Assembly: GCA_034780895.1 (NCBI GenBank)
Contig: JAUZTB010000076.1
Span: 38,944,292 to 39,008,291, forward strand
Reading direction: 5' to 3'
DNA length: 64,000 bases
Source: Rhynchobatus australiae
Taxonomy: Eukaryota
A model generated the notes under the pieces. The model did not search any database, had not been told where the DNA came from, and saw only the letters and a program-made list of their open reading frames with translations. Positions 1 to 11,935 of this stretch are shown piece by piece; position 1 is the stretch's first letter; each line of letters opens with the position of its first letter. The translations under genes were made by a program, and so were the position numbers.

Positions 1-171
1 GTCATTATAACTGAAGTGTTTTCCTCAGGTTCTAAACATGGCTTTGATCCATGCTTTATACAAGGGCTAGATTACACAGCAATAATAAAAAAAGAGCATT
101 ATAATTTATAATTTAACTCCTTCATTATACATTATGTTCTTTATTTATGACTGTTAACTCAAAATGTCCAG

Positions 172-286
172 TCTCCACACAAATCCATTATAGAAGAAAG
201 ATTTCAGCTTGGAAATCCAGCTGGCCACAAAAGCTGGAATACAGGAACAAAGTGTGAAATGCACAGAACTTTACATGTTGTCCCAG
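172..286 (+). CDS. Candidate coding exon 1 of an unidentified multi-exon gene (SPHKSIIEERFQLGNPAGHKSWNTGTKCEMHRTLHVVP); in-frame ATG at 259 could be the start
   Basis: Open frame ending at donor CAG|GTAGTA in phase 1, which joins the 11804 exon (g|aa=Glu). The acceptor (gtccag at 169-171) is weak, so the 5' boundary is uncertain. Confidence 0.42.
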
Positions 287-823
287 GTAGTATTTGTATT
301 CCATGCTGACATCTCAACATAATAAGAACAGAAAAGGTTGGAAATACTCAGCAGACCAGGCTGAATCTGAGGACAAAGAACTGTTTCAGGCTGATGACCT
401 TCCATCAGAACTAGGAAATGTTATAAATGAAAAAAAGTTTGAAATTGCAAAGGTAAAGGGAAGGTCCTGTGAAGATCAGGAGAGACTGAATGATGGAAGT
501 GGTTGTGGTGCTGGATGAAAGAGTTGTAAAGATTGTAAATAAAAAATTATATTATCAGAGGAGAGGGAAAAAGTGAACACTGGAAGAGGGAGGTACAAGG
601 CTGAACTGGCTGTTTATCTGAAACTGTTTAGTTGTTGAATCATGCCAGAAGATGAAGTACTCTTCCTGAGCTTACATCGAGTTTTGTTGGACCAGTTCAA
701 GAAGCCATAGACTAATGTGTCCGAGTGCAGGTGGGATAAAGAATTAAAGTGACAGGCACCTGGAAATAAAGAATCAACCTTGCACATTGAAGGGAGATGT
801 TCTGCCGAGTGCTCACTCAGTCT

Positions 824-2189
824 CAAGTTGTCAAGTTTATTGTCATATGCACAACTGCGGCGAGGTACAGGTACAATGAAAAACTTGATTGCAGAAACAT
901 CATAGGTATGTAGATTCAAACAACACACAGACCATAAATTGCACATTAGTTAGTGAAATAAAAAAGACATTAGTGGGAAAAAAAAATTAGAGACAAGGCC
1001 ATGGTAGTGCAATAGGTGGTTGGTAGTGTTCTGTGCTGAGGTAGGATTAGGGTTGTGCGGGTCAGTTCAAGAACCTGATGGTTGTTCAAAAGCTGCTCCT
1101 GAACCTGGTTGTGTGGAACCACAGGCTTCTGTACCACCTGGCTGACAGTAGCAGCAAGAAGTGGGGATGACCCAGATGGTGGGAATCCTTGATGACAGAT
1201 GCTGCCTTCTTAAGACAGGCCTCATGTAGATGCTTTCAATGCTGGGAAGGGCTGTGCCAACCAGTCTGCATCCACTACTCTCTGCAGCTTCTTGCAATTC
1301 TGTGTGTTGGAACTGCAGTCCCAGGCCATGATGCAACCAGTCAGGATTCTTTCTACAGTGCACTTGTAGAAATTTGTTTGAGAATTTGGTGAAATGCCAA
1401 ATCTCCTTAAGCTTTTAAGAAAGTAGAGGCACTGATGCACCTTCTTCATGATTGCATCTATGTGCTGGGTTCAGGACAGGTCATTCAGGATGCAAATGCC
1501 CAGGAATTTGAAGCTACTAACTCTCTCCACCTCTGACCCACCAAAGAGAATTGGCACATGGTCTCCTGACTTACCTTTTCTGAAGTCAATGATTAGTTCA
1601 TGCTCAACATAAACAAAATCAAGGAAGTTGTTATTGTGGCAGCACTCAACCAGGTGTTTTATCTCACTCATCATCACCCGTGATAAGGCCAGTGGTGTCA
1701 TCGGCGAATTTGTGGGTAGTATTGGAGTTGTGCTTAGGTACAGAGTCATTGGAGTGAAGTGAGTAGAGCAGGGGGCTAAACACACAGCTTTGAGGTGCAC
1801 CTGTGTTGATGATCAGGGAAGAGGTGATGTTATTACCAATCCTCACAGATTGAGATCTGCCGATGAGGAAGTCAAGGATCTAGTAGCAAAGGAGGTTCAG
1901 AGGTCCAGGTCTTGGAGCTTGGTGTCAAGGTTGGAGAGTATGATTTTATTGAATGCCGAACTGTAGTCAATGAACAGCAGCCTGATGTATGTGTTACTGT
2001 TATCCAGATGGCCCAGAAGAGAGTGGCAAGCCAGTGAAATAGCATCTATTGTTGACCTGCTGTGGTGATAGGCAAATTGAAGTGGATCCAGGTCATTTCT
2101 GAGGCAAGAGTTAACTTGTGCTATAACCAACCGCTCGGAGCAGTTCATTACAGTGGATGTAAGTGCCATCGGGTAGTAGTCATTGAGGT
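824..2189 (-). mobile_element. 5'-truncated Rex1/Babar-clade LINE nested in the Penelope element
   Basis: Frameshifted RT: [76 protein letters not shown]. The 3' end is a short AACTTGAC-type repeat at ~824-840. Confidence 0.9.
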
Positions 2190-2724
2190 CTTCACTTGAT
2201 TTCCCCAATGCATGGGGGAGCACATTGTTAACACCAAAGACCACATTCTGTATTGAAAGAAGTATTCTATACTTAAATAACCACTACATAGAAAGAGAGC
2301 TCATGTTCCAAGACCATGGGGAGGAAGGAGATAAAATGGTGGGTGTTGCATCTCCTGTGTTTGAAAGTACTGTGAGCAGGAGAGAGTAGGCTTTGGTGGA
2401 GATTGAACAGTGAACCAGAGCATCCTTTGGAATCCTGAAGGGGATGGGGAGAATAAGACATGCCTGGTGATGCCATCATGTCAGGGGTGTTGGAAAATAT
2501 GGAGGATGATCCATTGAATGTAGAGGCTGATGCATTGAAAGATGAGGACACAGGGAGCTATATCCCTGTTCTGGGTGAGAGGTAGAGGGAGGAAACAGAA
2601 TTGCTGGAAATGGAACAAATGTGATGGAGACCCTGTGAACTATGGTAGAGAGTAAACTGTGGTTGAGCAAAAGATCTATCAGAATCACTGATGTGAAAGG
2701 TGGCTTCGTCATGACATGCAATGA

Positions 2725-3082
2725 AGTTAGAATCAGAATTATTATCGCTGATTTATCACGGACAGGAAATTTGTTGTTTTGTGGCAGCAGTACAGTACAA
2801 AGACATAAAATTGCCAGAAGTTACAAACATAAATAGTGCAAAAAAAGGAACAACAAGGTAGCGTTCATGGACAATTCAGAAATCTGATGGCACAGGGAAA
2901 GAAACTGTTTCTGAGTTGTTGAGTGTGGGTCTTCAGCCTCCTGTACCTCCTGCAGCAATGAGAAAAGGGCATGTCCTGGTTGGTGAGGGTCCTTAGTGAT
3001 GGATGACACCTTCTTGAGGGCCACATCTTGAATATGCCCTTGATGGTAGGGAAGGTTGTGCCTGTGATAGAGCTGGCTGAGT
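2725..3082 (-). mobile_element. Rex1/Babar-type LINE 3' fragment nested in the Penelope element
   Basis: ITKDPHQPGHALFSLL and RRYRRLKTHTQQLRNSFFPCAIRFLN C-terminal motifs; ends in a TTCTGA-like tail. Confidence 0.8.
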
Positions 3083-4039
3083 CAAAGGAATTGGGAGAAT
3101 GGAATGGAGTCCTTATAGGATATGGGCTGTGATGAGACAAGGAAGCTGCAGATGTCCATGCACTTGTAATGGGTTCTGGTTACCAAGATATCCTGAAAAG
3201 TGAAGATAAAACAACTTGAGAAAGGAATGAGAAGATTTTAAAGCACACCATGTGAAAGTGAGAAAGGAATAGGAATTAGCAGTAAAAGTGATGAGACTTC
3301 CAAGTTCTTTACCAGAGCAGAAGAACATATTATGTTAATCAATGCCCTGGAAAAAGTTGAGGGAAAGGACCCGAGCAGGATGGAAACAGAATGCATCACA
3401 TATCCCACAATGAGACAACCATAGTTGGGACCTATATGGGTTCTATAGCTGCATTGTGCTACCCATTGGAGGAAGTGGGTAAAAGAAAAGGAGATGCTGG
3501 TCAAAGCTGGTAAGAATGACTATACCCAGGCGACGGTGTACAGGTGATGGTGCCTGGGATGGAGGTGAAGAGAGACAGGACATTTATAGTGAAAATAAGC
3601 CAGGAAGCTATTAAAATTGCAGAGGGCATCAAAATTTCACAGATGCAGCAGGGGAAGAGAAATATGCTCTGTGTGATTTGGGGTTGGAAGATGTGGAGTT
3701 AAGATCTCCAAAGGAAAGGAGGTCCACGATCACATGAGAGACAATGCCCTGAGATTTGGTGAGGCAGCCATAGTCCAGAGAAAGATATGAGAAGGTGTTA
3801 GACTGCAGTCAGTCTCTGCAAGGTGGAGGTCAGTTTTGCCAACAGCAATACTGCCTTTGTCAGCAGATTTGACAAGAGGTGGAGGCATGGTTGCAAAAGG
3901 ATCAAGGTTAAGAACCATGGTTTCTCTGCCATAAAGGGATATATATTTGTTGTGAACTGTATTAATTCTTTGAATGCTTACCTTTGCTAATTTACTGTTC
4001 TACAATTTAACAGAGTTTCCCAATCTACCAACATCAGCT

Positions 4040-4605
4040 TAAGCAATCAGAAAATCAAATAGTACCTTGACCCTCTAGCAAGAGGATTTGAGTAGATGAG
4101 TAAAGGCAATGCACTGCAATTATGTAGAGCCCTGGTGAGACTGCATCTGGAATATTGTGTACAGGTCTGGTCTCCCTATCTAAGGAAGGGCATGGCAAGA
4201 GAAACAAAGTTTAATCTGCTTGATTTGTCATGCACGGATGATCTGGACAGTATAGGGCAGACTAGGTCTATACTCTCGAGTTTAGACGAATGGCATGCAA
4301 TCTCATTGAAGTTCACAAAATTCTCGAGGAGCTTGCAAGAGGGCCAATGCAGGAACGATGGTTCCTGTAGATAGGGTCTCAAGAAACAGGGGATACAAAG
4401 TAAGGGGTCAGCCATGTTTTTCATCCTTAAGGTAATAAATCTTTGGAATATACCCAAGAGAGCTACAGAGTCTATGTCATTCAGAACAGGGATTAATAGG
4501 TTTTTGGACATTAAGGGAACCAACGGATATGAAGAAAGTGTCGCTGAGGTAGGAGATGAACTATGATGCCTTATTCCTGCTTTAGTGTCTTATTTTTTAT
4601 CTTAT
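4040..4605 (+). mobile_element. Old CR1 LINE 3' fragment
   Basis: LQLCRALVRLHLEYCVQVWSPYLRK (CR1 ORF2 C-terminal motif) followed by a degenerate CR1 3' region. Confidence 0.8.
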
Positions 4606-5659
4606 GTAAAGAAGATAACAGTGAATTAGAAATTCTGTATTGATTGGTTCCTGGCAATTGCACTGGATGTTTTTTCTAAAATCAGCTGCATATTTAATAG
4701 AAGATTTTAGATTAATGTTCTAATTAAAAATCAAATAAGATATGTGCTAAATATCAATGCAGCTCGTCTGTTATACAGCATGATATTGTTAATCAAAGCA
4801 TTTCAACATTAGGATCCCTTCAACCAAAAACTGGAAAGTCCTTATTGATGTATTTTTAAACTGATTTCTAATTGTTTCTAATGTCTCAAGACACAATGTG
4901 TCATAAAGTTCCAGCAATACCACTCCCAAATATCCATTCCATAGGTGCAAGTTTGTATTGTAAATCAGATTATTCTGAACCTGGTGCAGATTGGACTGAT
5001 ACCACTGCTGTGTTAATGTTGCCATTTGTGATGGCACTAATTAGCTCCTTCATGCAAGGATAGGTCTCTACATTATCCAACCGAACACTCCATTGTGGGT
5101 GTATTTTCCATTCAAATAAAAATATTTCAAACATAAGAAAGATAAAATTAAACAGCACAACTGGAAATAGTTTGCAAGTCTGTCATAATGTACACACACT
5201 GTTCAGTTTCCACTTTAGCTACCGCTTTGTTGACATTCCTCCCTTCCCAATCCTCTTGGATTACACTGGTGCATCTAAACTCAAAGACCGTACATTTTTC
5301 TGCTTATTCCTTTGGACAAAAGTGGTGATCTCTTATTCTGCTGCCAACTTTCAAGTTTAAGAGCAGCCAAGCTGATACATACAATAGTTCAAGCAGCAGG
5401 CTTATCCTGCGAATAGTTCAGTCAATGAAACCTGGAACTTTGAGGAATCAATTCTGCTCTATGCATAATATAGTGGTAATATAAATGGCTTCATCTTTCA
5501 TGAAGGGATAGATCAAGTGAATGAACAAAACTTTGATAGGAGGAATTAGATTCAATTAAAAAAAACAGGTAATGTTCTGAATAATGAAAGATTAAGAGTG
5601 TGGCAGTGAATTAGCTGGTCACATACATATATCATCAAAAGATAGGAATATAGTACAGT

Positions 5660-5930
5660 AGTTTAAAAACGACCAAAATGTTGGCTCTTATCTCAAGATA
5701 GTTGAATTCAAAAGGAAGGGACATTTTAGTTATTTATTTATACAGAACCTTGATTCCCATTTGGAACACTGTATTCAATTTTACTTAGCAAAAGGCACAT
5801 TTGCCTCAGAATGGTTTCAATGCGAATTCACCTGAAAAGTGCAAGGAATTAAAAGGTACTAAATTATTAGAACATATTATGTAAACATGGCTTGAATTTG
5901 TAAGACTGAAAGTTGATTATTTAAGGTGTT
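5660..5930 (+). mobile_element. Highly degraded CR1 fragment
   Basis: Residual similarity to the LY..LV.PHLE.C.QF region (tttatacagaaccttgattcccatttggaacactgtattcaatt). Confidence 0.45.
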
Positions 5931-5999
5931 TAAAAATATTTTAGTTTTTAAAAACAATAATGTTGAAGACATTTTCATAAACCTTATACCAATAGTTTA

Positions 6000-6269
6000 T
6001 CACCTCCCAGCTTGTTACATCATTCCCACCCCGCCTTCCGAGCTCCCCCCCTCAGCGGGAGTCACCCATCACCTGCCAGCTTGTGCTCCTCCCCCTCCAC
6101 CCACCTTTTATACAGGGTATCTGCCCTCATTCTTTCCAGTCCTGAGGAAGGGTTTCAGCCCGAAATGTCGGCAGTCCATTTCCCTCCATAGATGCTGCCT
6201 GACCTTGCTGAGTTCCTCCAGCATTTTGTGTGTTGCTCCAGATTTCCGGCATCTGCAACCTCTCGTGTC
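6000..6269 (+). mobile_element. Penelope-like terminal-repeat insertion with 12-bp target-site duplication
   Basis: ACCAATAGTTTA is repeated exactly at 5988-5999 and 6270-6281. The insert has a pyrimidine-rich body, a hammerhead motif and the gatgctgcctgacc..gctgagttcctccagca tail shared with other copies in the window. Confidence 0.85.
6137..6174 (+). ncRNA. Minimal type I hammerhead ribozyme motif (Penelope-associated)
   Basis: cagtc-CTGAGGA-a-GGGtttcagCCC-GAAA-t-GTC-ggcag: CUGANGA core, stem II, GAAA, GUC cleavage triplet and partly preserved stem I. Confidence 0.65.
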
Positions 6270-8571
6270 ACCAATAGTTTAGAATACATTATTGTGGCAT
6301 ATAATAATTACTAGCTTAACGTTTTTAAAATACAAGAATAAAATCTTTTCATCTAATCAGCTTGTTATTTTATGATTTATCTTAATTGCATCTAACACAC
6401 AGTCCCACTACTTCATTATTCCACTCGCTGTCTGAAAACTGATTTAGTTGTCCCTGGAGTCCATTCAAATTTTCTATTTGGAATCATAAGCTTAGATTTG
6501 CCAATAAATGTTATTACAAAAGCAGCAGTAATCCATTATCATTAAATTAAAAATAATGCTAATCAGAAAATCTAGCTACAGAATCATGTATTCATTGGCT
6601 GTTGGCTCATCATGCCTGCACCATATCAGATTTATCTACTTTCTTTATTCTACATTTTTTTCCAACTGTTAATCCGATGTCTTTTTAAGAGTTGCAAGCA
6701 AATTGGTATCCTGTTCCATGTTTAAATAATCCTTCCTTTGAAACAAATGCTTCTAATTTCCTGCTTTGTTTCTCCAATATTAAATTCAATAGTTTGAGTT
6801 TAAAACATCTCCTTTACTNNNNNNNNNNNNNNNNNNNNNNNNNNNNNNNNNNNNNNNNNNNNNNNNNNNNNNNNNNNNNNNNNNNNNNNNNNNNNNNNNN
6901 NNNNNNNNNNNNNNNNNNAATTTATCCTACCTGAAAACTGCTCTCTTAAGCTTCTAACTTTGCTGCTTGTGCCCAAGTGTAGTAATTTTACATTATTGAT
7001 TGTGTGTGCGTATGTTATTTCTAGATCATGCTTAAATTATCCAAGTATTTCTTTGAATTTGTCAGTGGGCCATAATCTTTGTACACTGAAAAATTAACAC
7101 CAAACACAGAATTTACTGAAATTATTTAAAGATAAGAAACATGCCTATAAAGTGACACTGAACATTTGATACCAGAAATACTGCAATGTAACTGAAGCAT
7201 GTGACAAAATTCTTTTAATTGCATTTCGAATCAGTTCTGCTCCCCTCCTGAAGAAACAGGGCACGTTGTTTTACTGGTTTCACTGGAAATTGCGAAGAAA
7301 GGAATACAACTACCATTCTGCTCTCAATCTGCCTAACCTTTGGATCCTAACAGATTAAGGGGATTCAATCCATACCATTTCAAGAATTGGGTCCAGAGGG
7401 CAATCTATAAATCCAATCCCATTTCACTCTTAGTATGTGCAAAGAAGAATCAAAAGCTGCTCTCATTATTTTTCAAGGTTGGAAGCATGTTCCTATAACC
7501 ATACATAAATAACATGGATTGCTCCATATTTCACTGAATTCTCCTCTTCCGTAAACACTAACCATCTCCTTTCTCTGCCTCACCACCCAATGACAAATAA
7601 CTATTCCCATCACCCAGCCTTACTCAATACTGTCCTTGCTGGAGCCCATATAGCAAAGTGATATTCTTCGAACAGGCTAGGACTATGCTCAATGCTACAA
7701 GGTGAACAGCCACTTCACTTCATCAGGAGCAACCCAAAGTGTAGTCACATGAATGCGCACCAGCACAAGTCAATGTACATCAGACTCATCTTGTTTCTTT
7801 GTTTATGTTCATTCTTAATATACAAAGATGAACTGTGAGTGGTGAGCAATAACATCATTGCCAAACTCAGTTTGTTCTCAGAAAAAACATACATAAATGC
7901 ACGATTTCAAATCAGGACCACAATACTGGAGTTGGAAATGGGTTAATCTTTGGCTCTTCACCCAGGAGCCTTTGCAGTGCATTCATCAGTCTCCATTTTC
8001 CTATATTCTGTCATTTTCTTGGAAGAGAAACCTAAAATAACACTAGTTAGGCTGGACTGGTGCTGTAGACTACTTATTTTGTTAGAGAAAAACCCTGAAA
8101 TTCTGCATCAAAATTATTGTCATTTCATATTCGCAACAGTAACATTTTCATTTATTCATGTGACATTTATAAAAACAAATTCACATTGTTTTGTAGCTTC
8201 CACACAAAATGGCTTAAGAGGGTCTTCTCATAGTCCATCTATGATATAAATTGTTACTGTACTATTTTAGTAAAGGTTGATTTCAGCAACCTGAGATTAA
8301 TAGCCACAAGGCTTAAGTCCAGCACTGGGAGAGCAAAATAGCAGAACTTCTAATCTAAAGACAATTATTTTAAATGTTTCATAGGCTCCTGTCCGTCATT
8401 AAATAAAATCCCTCCAGTTGAGTTAATGCAGTTCAACACCTGCTAACTGTACCTGGTTAGATGTTAAGGGGAACCTATTTATGGATTCAGAGGCTCAGCA
8501 GTGTGTAAAAAAGTACAAGTTGTTAAGCAGGATGTGTTCAGCCTATGTAAAAATGACCTTTACTTTGTCAG

Positions 8572-8670
8572 CTTGGCACAGTGGTGGCAACTTCACCTCT
8601 GAGTCACAAGTTTAATGAGTCAGATCAGGCTCCAGGGAGCCAAAGACATAATTCAGACAAACAAGACTAT
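8572..8670 (+). mobile_element. Degraded tRNA-derived SINE head (Deu-domain/SacSINE1-like)
   Basis: ggcacagtggtggcaacttcacctctgagtcacaag...ctccagggagc resembles the head of elasmobranch Deu-domain SINEs. Confidence 0.4.
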
Positions 8671-9119
8671 TTCCCTTTTGGAGTTAAGGGGTTTGGCGAC
8701 GGGAATGAGTTATAAACCCCTCATTCTTTTTAAGTTTACCCTCCTGGGGTTCACATCTCTAAGAGTTTCCAAGTGCCATCTGTACAGCATCTTGATTTGC
8801 TAACATCCAAAGGATGAGCGCAGAGAAGGCAGATCAGTGTAAAACACCAATCTGACAAGGCTCTAGACATCTTGTAGCTCCACACTCTGGCGAACACCAT
8901 CTCTGGACTGTTCTGATATTCTGAATCCCCCCTTAGAGCACTGGTATACAAAGGGAATATGACAACATATTGGCTGTAAGCAGAGCTTGTATGATAGCAT
9001 TCCATGACTGCATCCTAGCACCCTGCTGGTAGCTGCATGCCCTGCAATGGAAGCTGAGAAGTAAATCATCAGATGTTAAAGTATGGACGATTCCACAATG
9101 TTTTGAAGAAGGTCTTGGA

Positions 9120-9640
9120 AGCAGAGTAACTTATGGCACAGGTGGTATTTCAGCCCATCATATCCACACTGGCCACAAATTGACTTTCGATCAGTCCCAC
9201 ATCCCAGCTGCCAGTCCACAGCCCCACAGGCTATACTTTCCAAGTTCTCAATCAGGCACATTCCAAATATAGTGAAGGTTTCTGACTCCATTACTTTTTA
9301 AAGTCAGGGAGCTAAATCTCCCTTCAGTCTCCCCTACTCCAAAGATATAATTCAGTGCAGACTGCCTCTTCCAACCAAAATAATTCTTTGGCCTAGGCAA
9401 TTTATCCAAAAACCTGTACACCCTCTTCAGTGCCTGCACATTCTCCAGCAGTGGGAGACCAGGATCCCAAACAGCACTCCAGCTGTGCCCAATAAACATC
9501 CTGCATAAAATCAGTGTGACCTTTCCACTCCTGCATTCCACCCCTTCACCAATAAAGGCAAACATTCTGCATACTCTTCCACTTGCCCCACAATGAGGGG
9601 CTTGCAGAGATGCATCCCAAGATTTATCCACACTTCTTAT
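9120..9640 (-). mobile_element. Degraded CR1 3' fragment
   Basis: Minus ORF RMFAFIGEGVECRSGKVTLIL...VQALKRVYRF; CR1-type 3' tail near 9130-9170. Confidence 0.7.
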
Positions 9641-10364
9641 CATCCTACTATTTGTACTGTTGCCACCACATTCATGGTGGGAAGGATGCTCTTCAAGCTC
9701 CTCACAAATACCTGTGCCAAATTAATACTAGATTTATCATATACATCCATCAATCTTCTGCAGTTTGAAAGAGCTCAACATTAGGTATTGCTAGTGACTG
9801 TTGATAGGTGAATGAAAGGGGTTTGATGAATTGATCTGTGGCTAAACCTCTTGCAGCAGTTGGTAGGTTGTGGTGATCAAGGCTGCATTCACTGACCTTG
9901 ACCCTTAGTTTAAAAAAACTGCCAAGCAATGATTTTAGGTCCCCTCCTAATGCATCTAATGAACAAAACATTTGGTGCTTGTTACATGCAGAAATCATTA
10001 CAATGAGCAGAGAGCAAGTAGTATGCATATTGGCTGAATTATACTGAGCCAGTGGAGGGAAACTGTGCATCACGGCCCCCAAGGAGATTAATGCAAAAGA
10101 AAAATCATTTTAGTCATTAATGTCTTTTCATTTAAAACACTGAGGTTCATTTGATTTTTATTTAAGTGAAAATTAACAGATTGCATGGTTCTCCTTACGA
10201 CAAAAAAAATCAGTATAATCAAGTGGTGGAGCAAAGGTGAGCATTCAACCCATCATGTCTGCACCAGCTCTGTGGAAAAAGTTGTATCATTATTCCAACT
10301 TTTCTGCTCTTTCCCTATCATTTACTTATTGCTCTAGCTATTATTTATCCCTCAGCTACTGTCA

Positions 10365-10510
10365 AGACAAATTAATTGGCCATTTATCTCACTGTTTCCA
10401 GTTCATTGCTCAGCACAAAATGGTTGCTGTATTTGCATAACTACAATGATATTACTTAAAACATTTATTGACAATAAATCATTTTCAAAATCTCGTGATA
10501 CAAGTTTTCA
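10365..10510 (+). mobile_element. Deu-domain SINE remnant (3' part)
   Basis: tggccatttatctcactgttt...gctcagcacaaaatggttgctgtatttgcataactacaatga resembles the Deu domain and tail. Confidence 0.45.
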
Positions 10511-11803
10511 TTATCAAATTGTAACTTAATTCCTAGTAATCAGTCAACAATTCCTGCAATTGTGATTTAAATTTTAATTCTGATTTTCAAAGTTTCAAAA
10601 TATTTTAAACTATAACACATTGACCACCATTAGGCTAATGGAGCCTCTAAGGCCCAACAGGAAGCTCTATTTACTGCAGCAGACAGTAGGGCTAACAGAA
10701 TCTTTGTGCTTCTAGCATGGTGGTTCATCTAACTGTACCCCAACCCTAGGGTATGTTTAAAGAAAAAGTGAACAAAANNNNNNNNNNNNNNNNNNNNNNN
10801 NNNNNNNNNNNNNNNNNNNNNNNNNNNNNNNNNNNNNNNNNNNNNNNNNNNNNNNNNNNNNNNNNNNNNNNNNNNNNNNNNNNNNNNNNNNNNNNNNNNN
10901 NNNNNNNNNNNNNNNNNNNNNNNNNNNNNNNNNNNNNNNNNNNNNNNNNNNNNNNNNNNNNNNNNNNNNNNNNNNNNNNNNNNNNNNNNNNNNNNNNNNN
11001 NNNNNNNNNNNNNNNNNNNNNNNNNNNNNNNNNNNNNNNNNNNNNNNNNNNNNNNNNNNNNNNNNNNNNNNNNNNNNNNNNNNNNNNNNNNNNNNNNNNN
11101 NNNNNGAGATTACTAGTTTCAATGTAATCTCACAAGTGGGGAGTATTCTTACTTCAAATATAATGGGTCAGAAATTCTGGTTAACCTCACAATTAATTCA
11201 GGTACCAAATCCAAATTTAGCTAATGTGTATTCCCCAGCAGTAACTTTCTGGAGGAGACCACCCCAAATGTCATTGGTAAGGCTTTGAACTCTAAAAGGG
11301 CCTTACATGTGGAGGTGAGATGGGGCCGTGGGGAGTGGGTGCTGGCGAGCACAGCTGAATAGAAACCAACATTTTCTCCTAACTAAACATTTCAATGCTC
11401 ACCTTGTAAACATAAACAGTTGTTTTTAATATTGGAAGCAGAACTATGGAGAATAGCTGTATATTTTTGATCTATTTCACAGCATGACTTGGTTGTCAAA
11501 TAATGCAATGTGATGAGAGCACCACAAACATAAGAAAGGTGCTAAATAGTGCCAATTAATCCCAGCATATGTTTTGCACTTTTATTCACAAAATAATTTG
11601 AGGGGAAGAACCTGCAACAATGTCTGTCACATTCTTAGCACAAGATTACTTACAGTAGGCATAACATTTTTAGTTCTGTGACATAAACTTCAATCCAAAT
11701 TTTACTATCATTTCTTCTACCTTTCAAAACACACAAGTAAAAGGTTTGTAATGCAGTTTTCATTGAAGACTTATTTGGCCTCATGCTTAATATCAATTTT
11801 CAG

Positions 11804-11871
11804 AAGAAAATGTAGTAGAAGGAGAAAGTCAAGATCCTGAAAACATTTTCAGAGAGCAGGATTGGATGAGG
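11804..11871 (+). CDS. Candidate coding exon 2 ((E)ENVVEGESQDPENIFREQDWMR)
   Basis: Acceptor tcaattttcag (NAGNAG cagaag), donor AGG|GTATTA (weak). 68 nt, phase 1 to 0, stop-free and frame-compatible with both neighbours. Confidence 0.55.
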
Positions 11872-11935
11872 GTATTAAGTGAAGTGTATTAAAACTGGGA
11901 AGTAATATATTGAAAGTGAATAAAGTGAAATATGT

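Larger units (their letters stand above)
325..3930 (-). mobile_element. Degraded Penelope-like element (RT + GIY-YIG endonuclease + terminal repeat), split into three pieces (325-823, 2190-2724, 3083-3930) by two Rex1 insertions
   Basis: Minus-strand translations give PLE motifs: VKSADKGSIAV (K-P-A-D-K-G), THIGPNYGCLIVGYV (MGPSYACLFVGYV-like), KDSIPFSQFL, HRRCNT, CIGEIK (YIG motif) and LSEHSAEHL...ACHFNSLSH. The terminal repeat carries a hammerhead-like remnant at 378-412. Confidence 0.85.
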
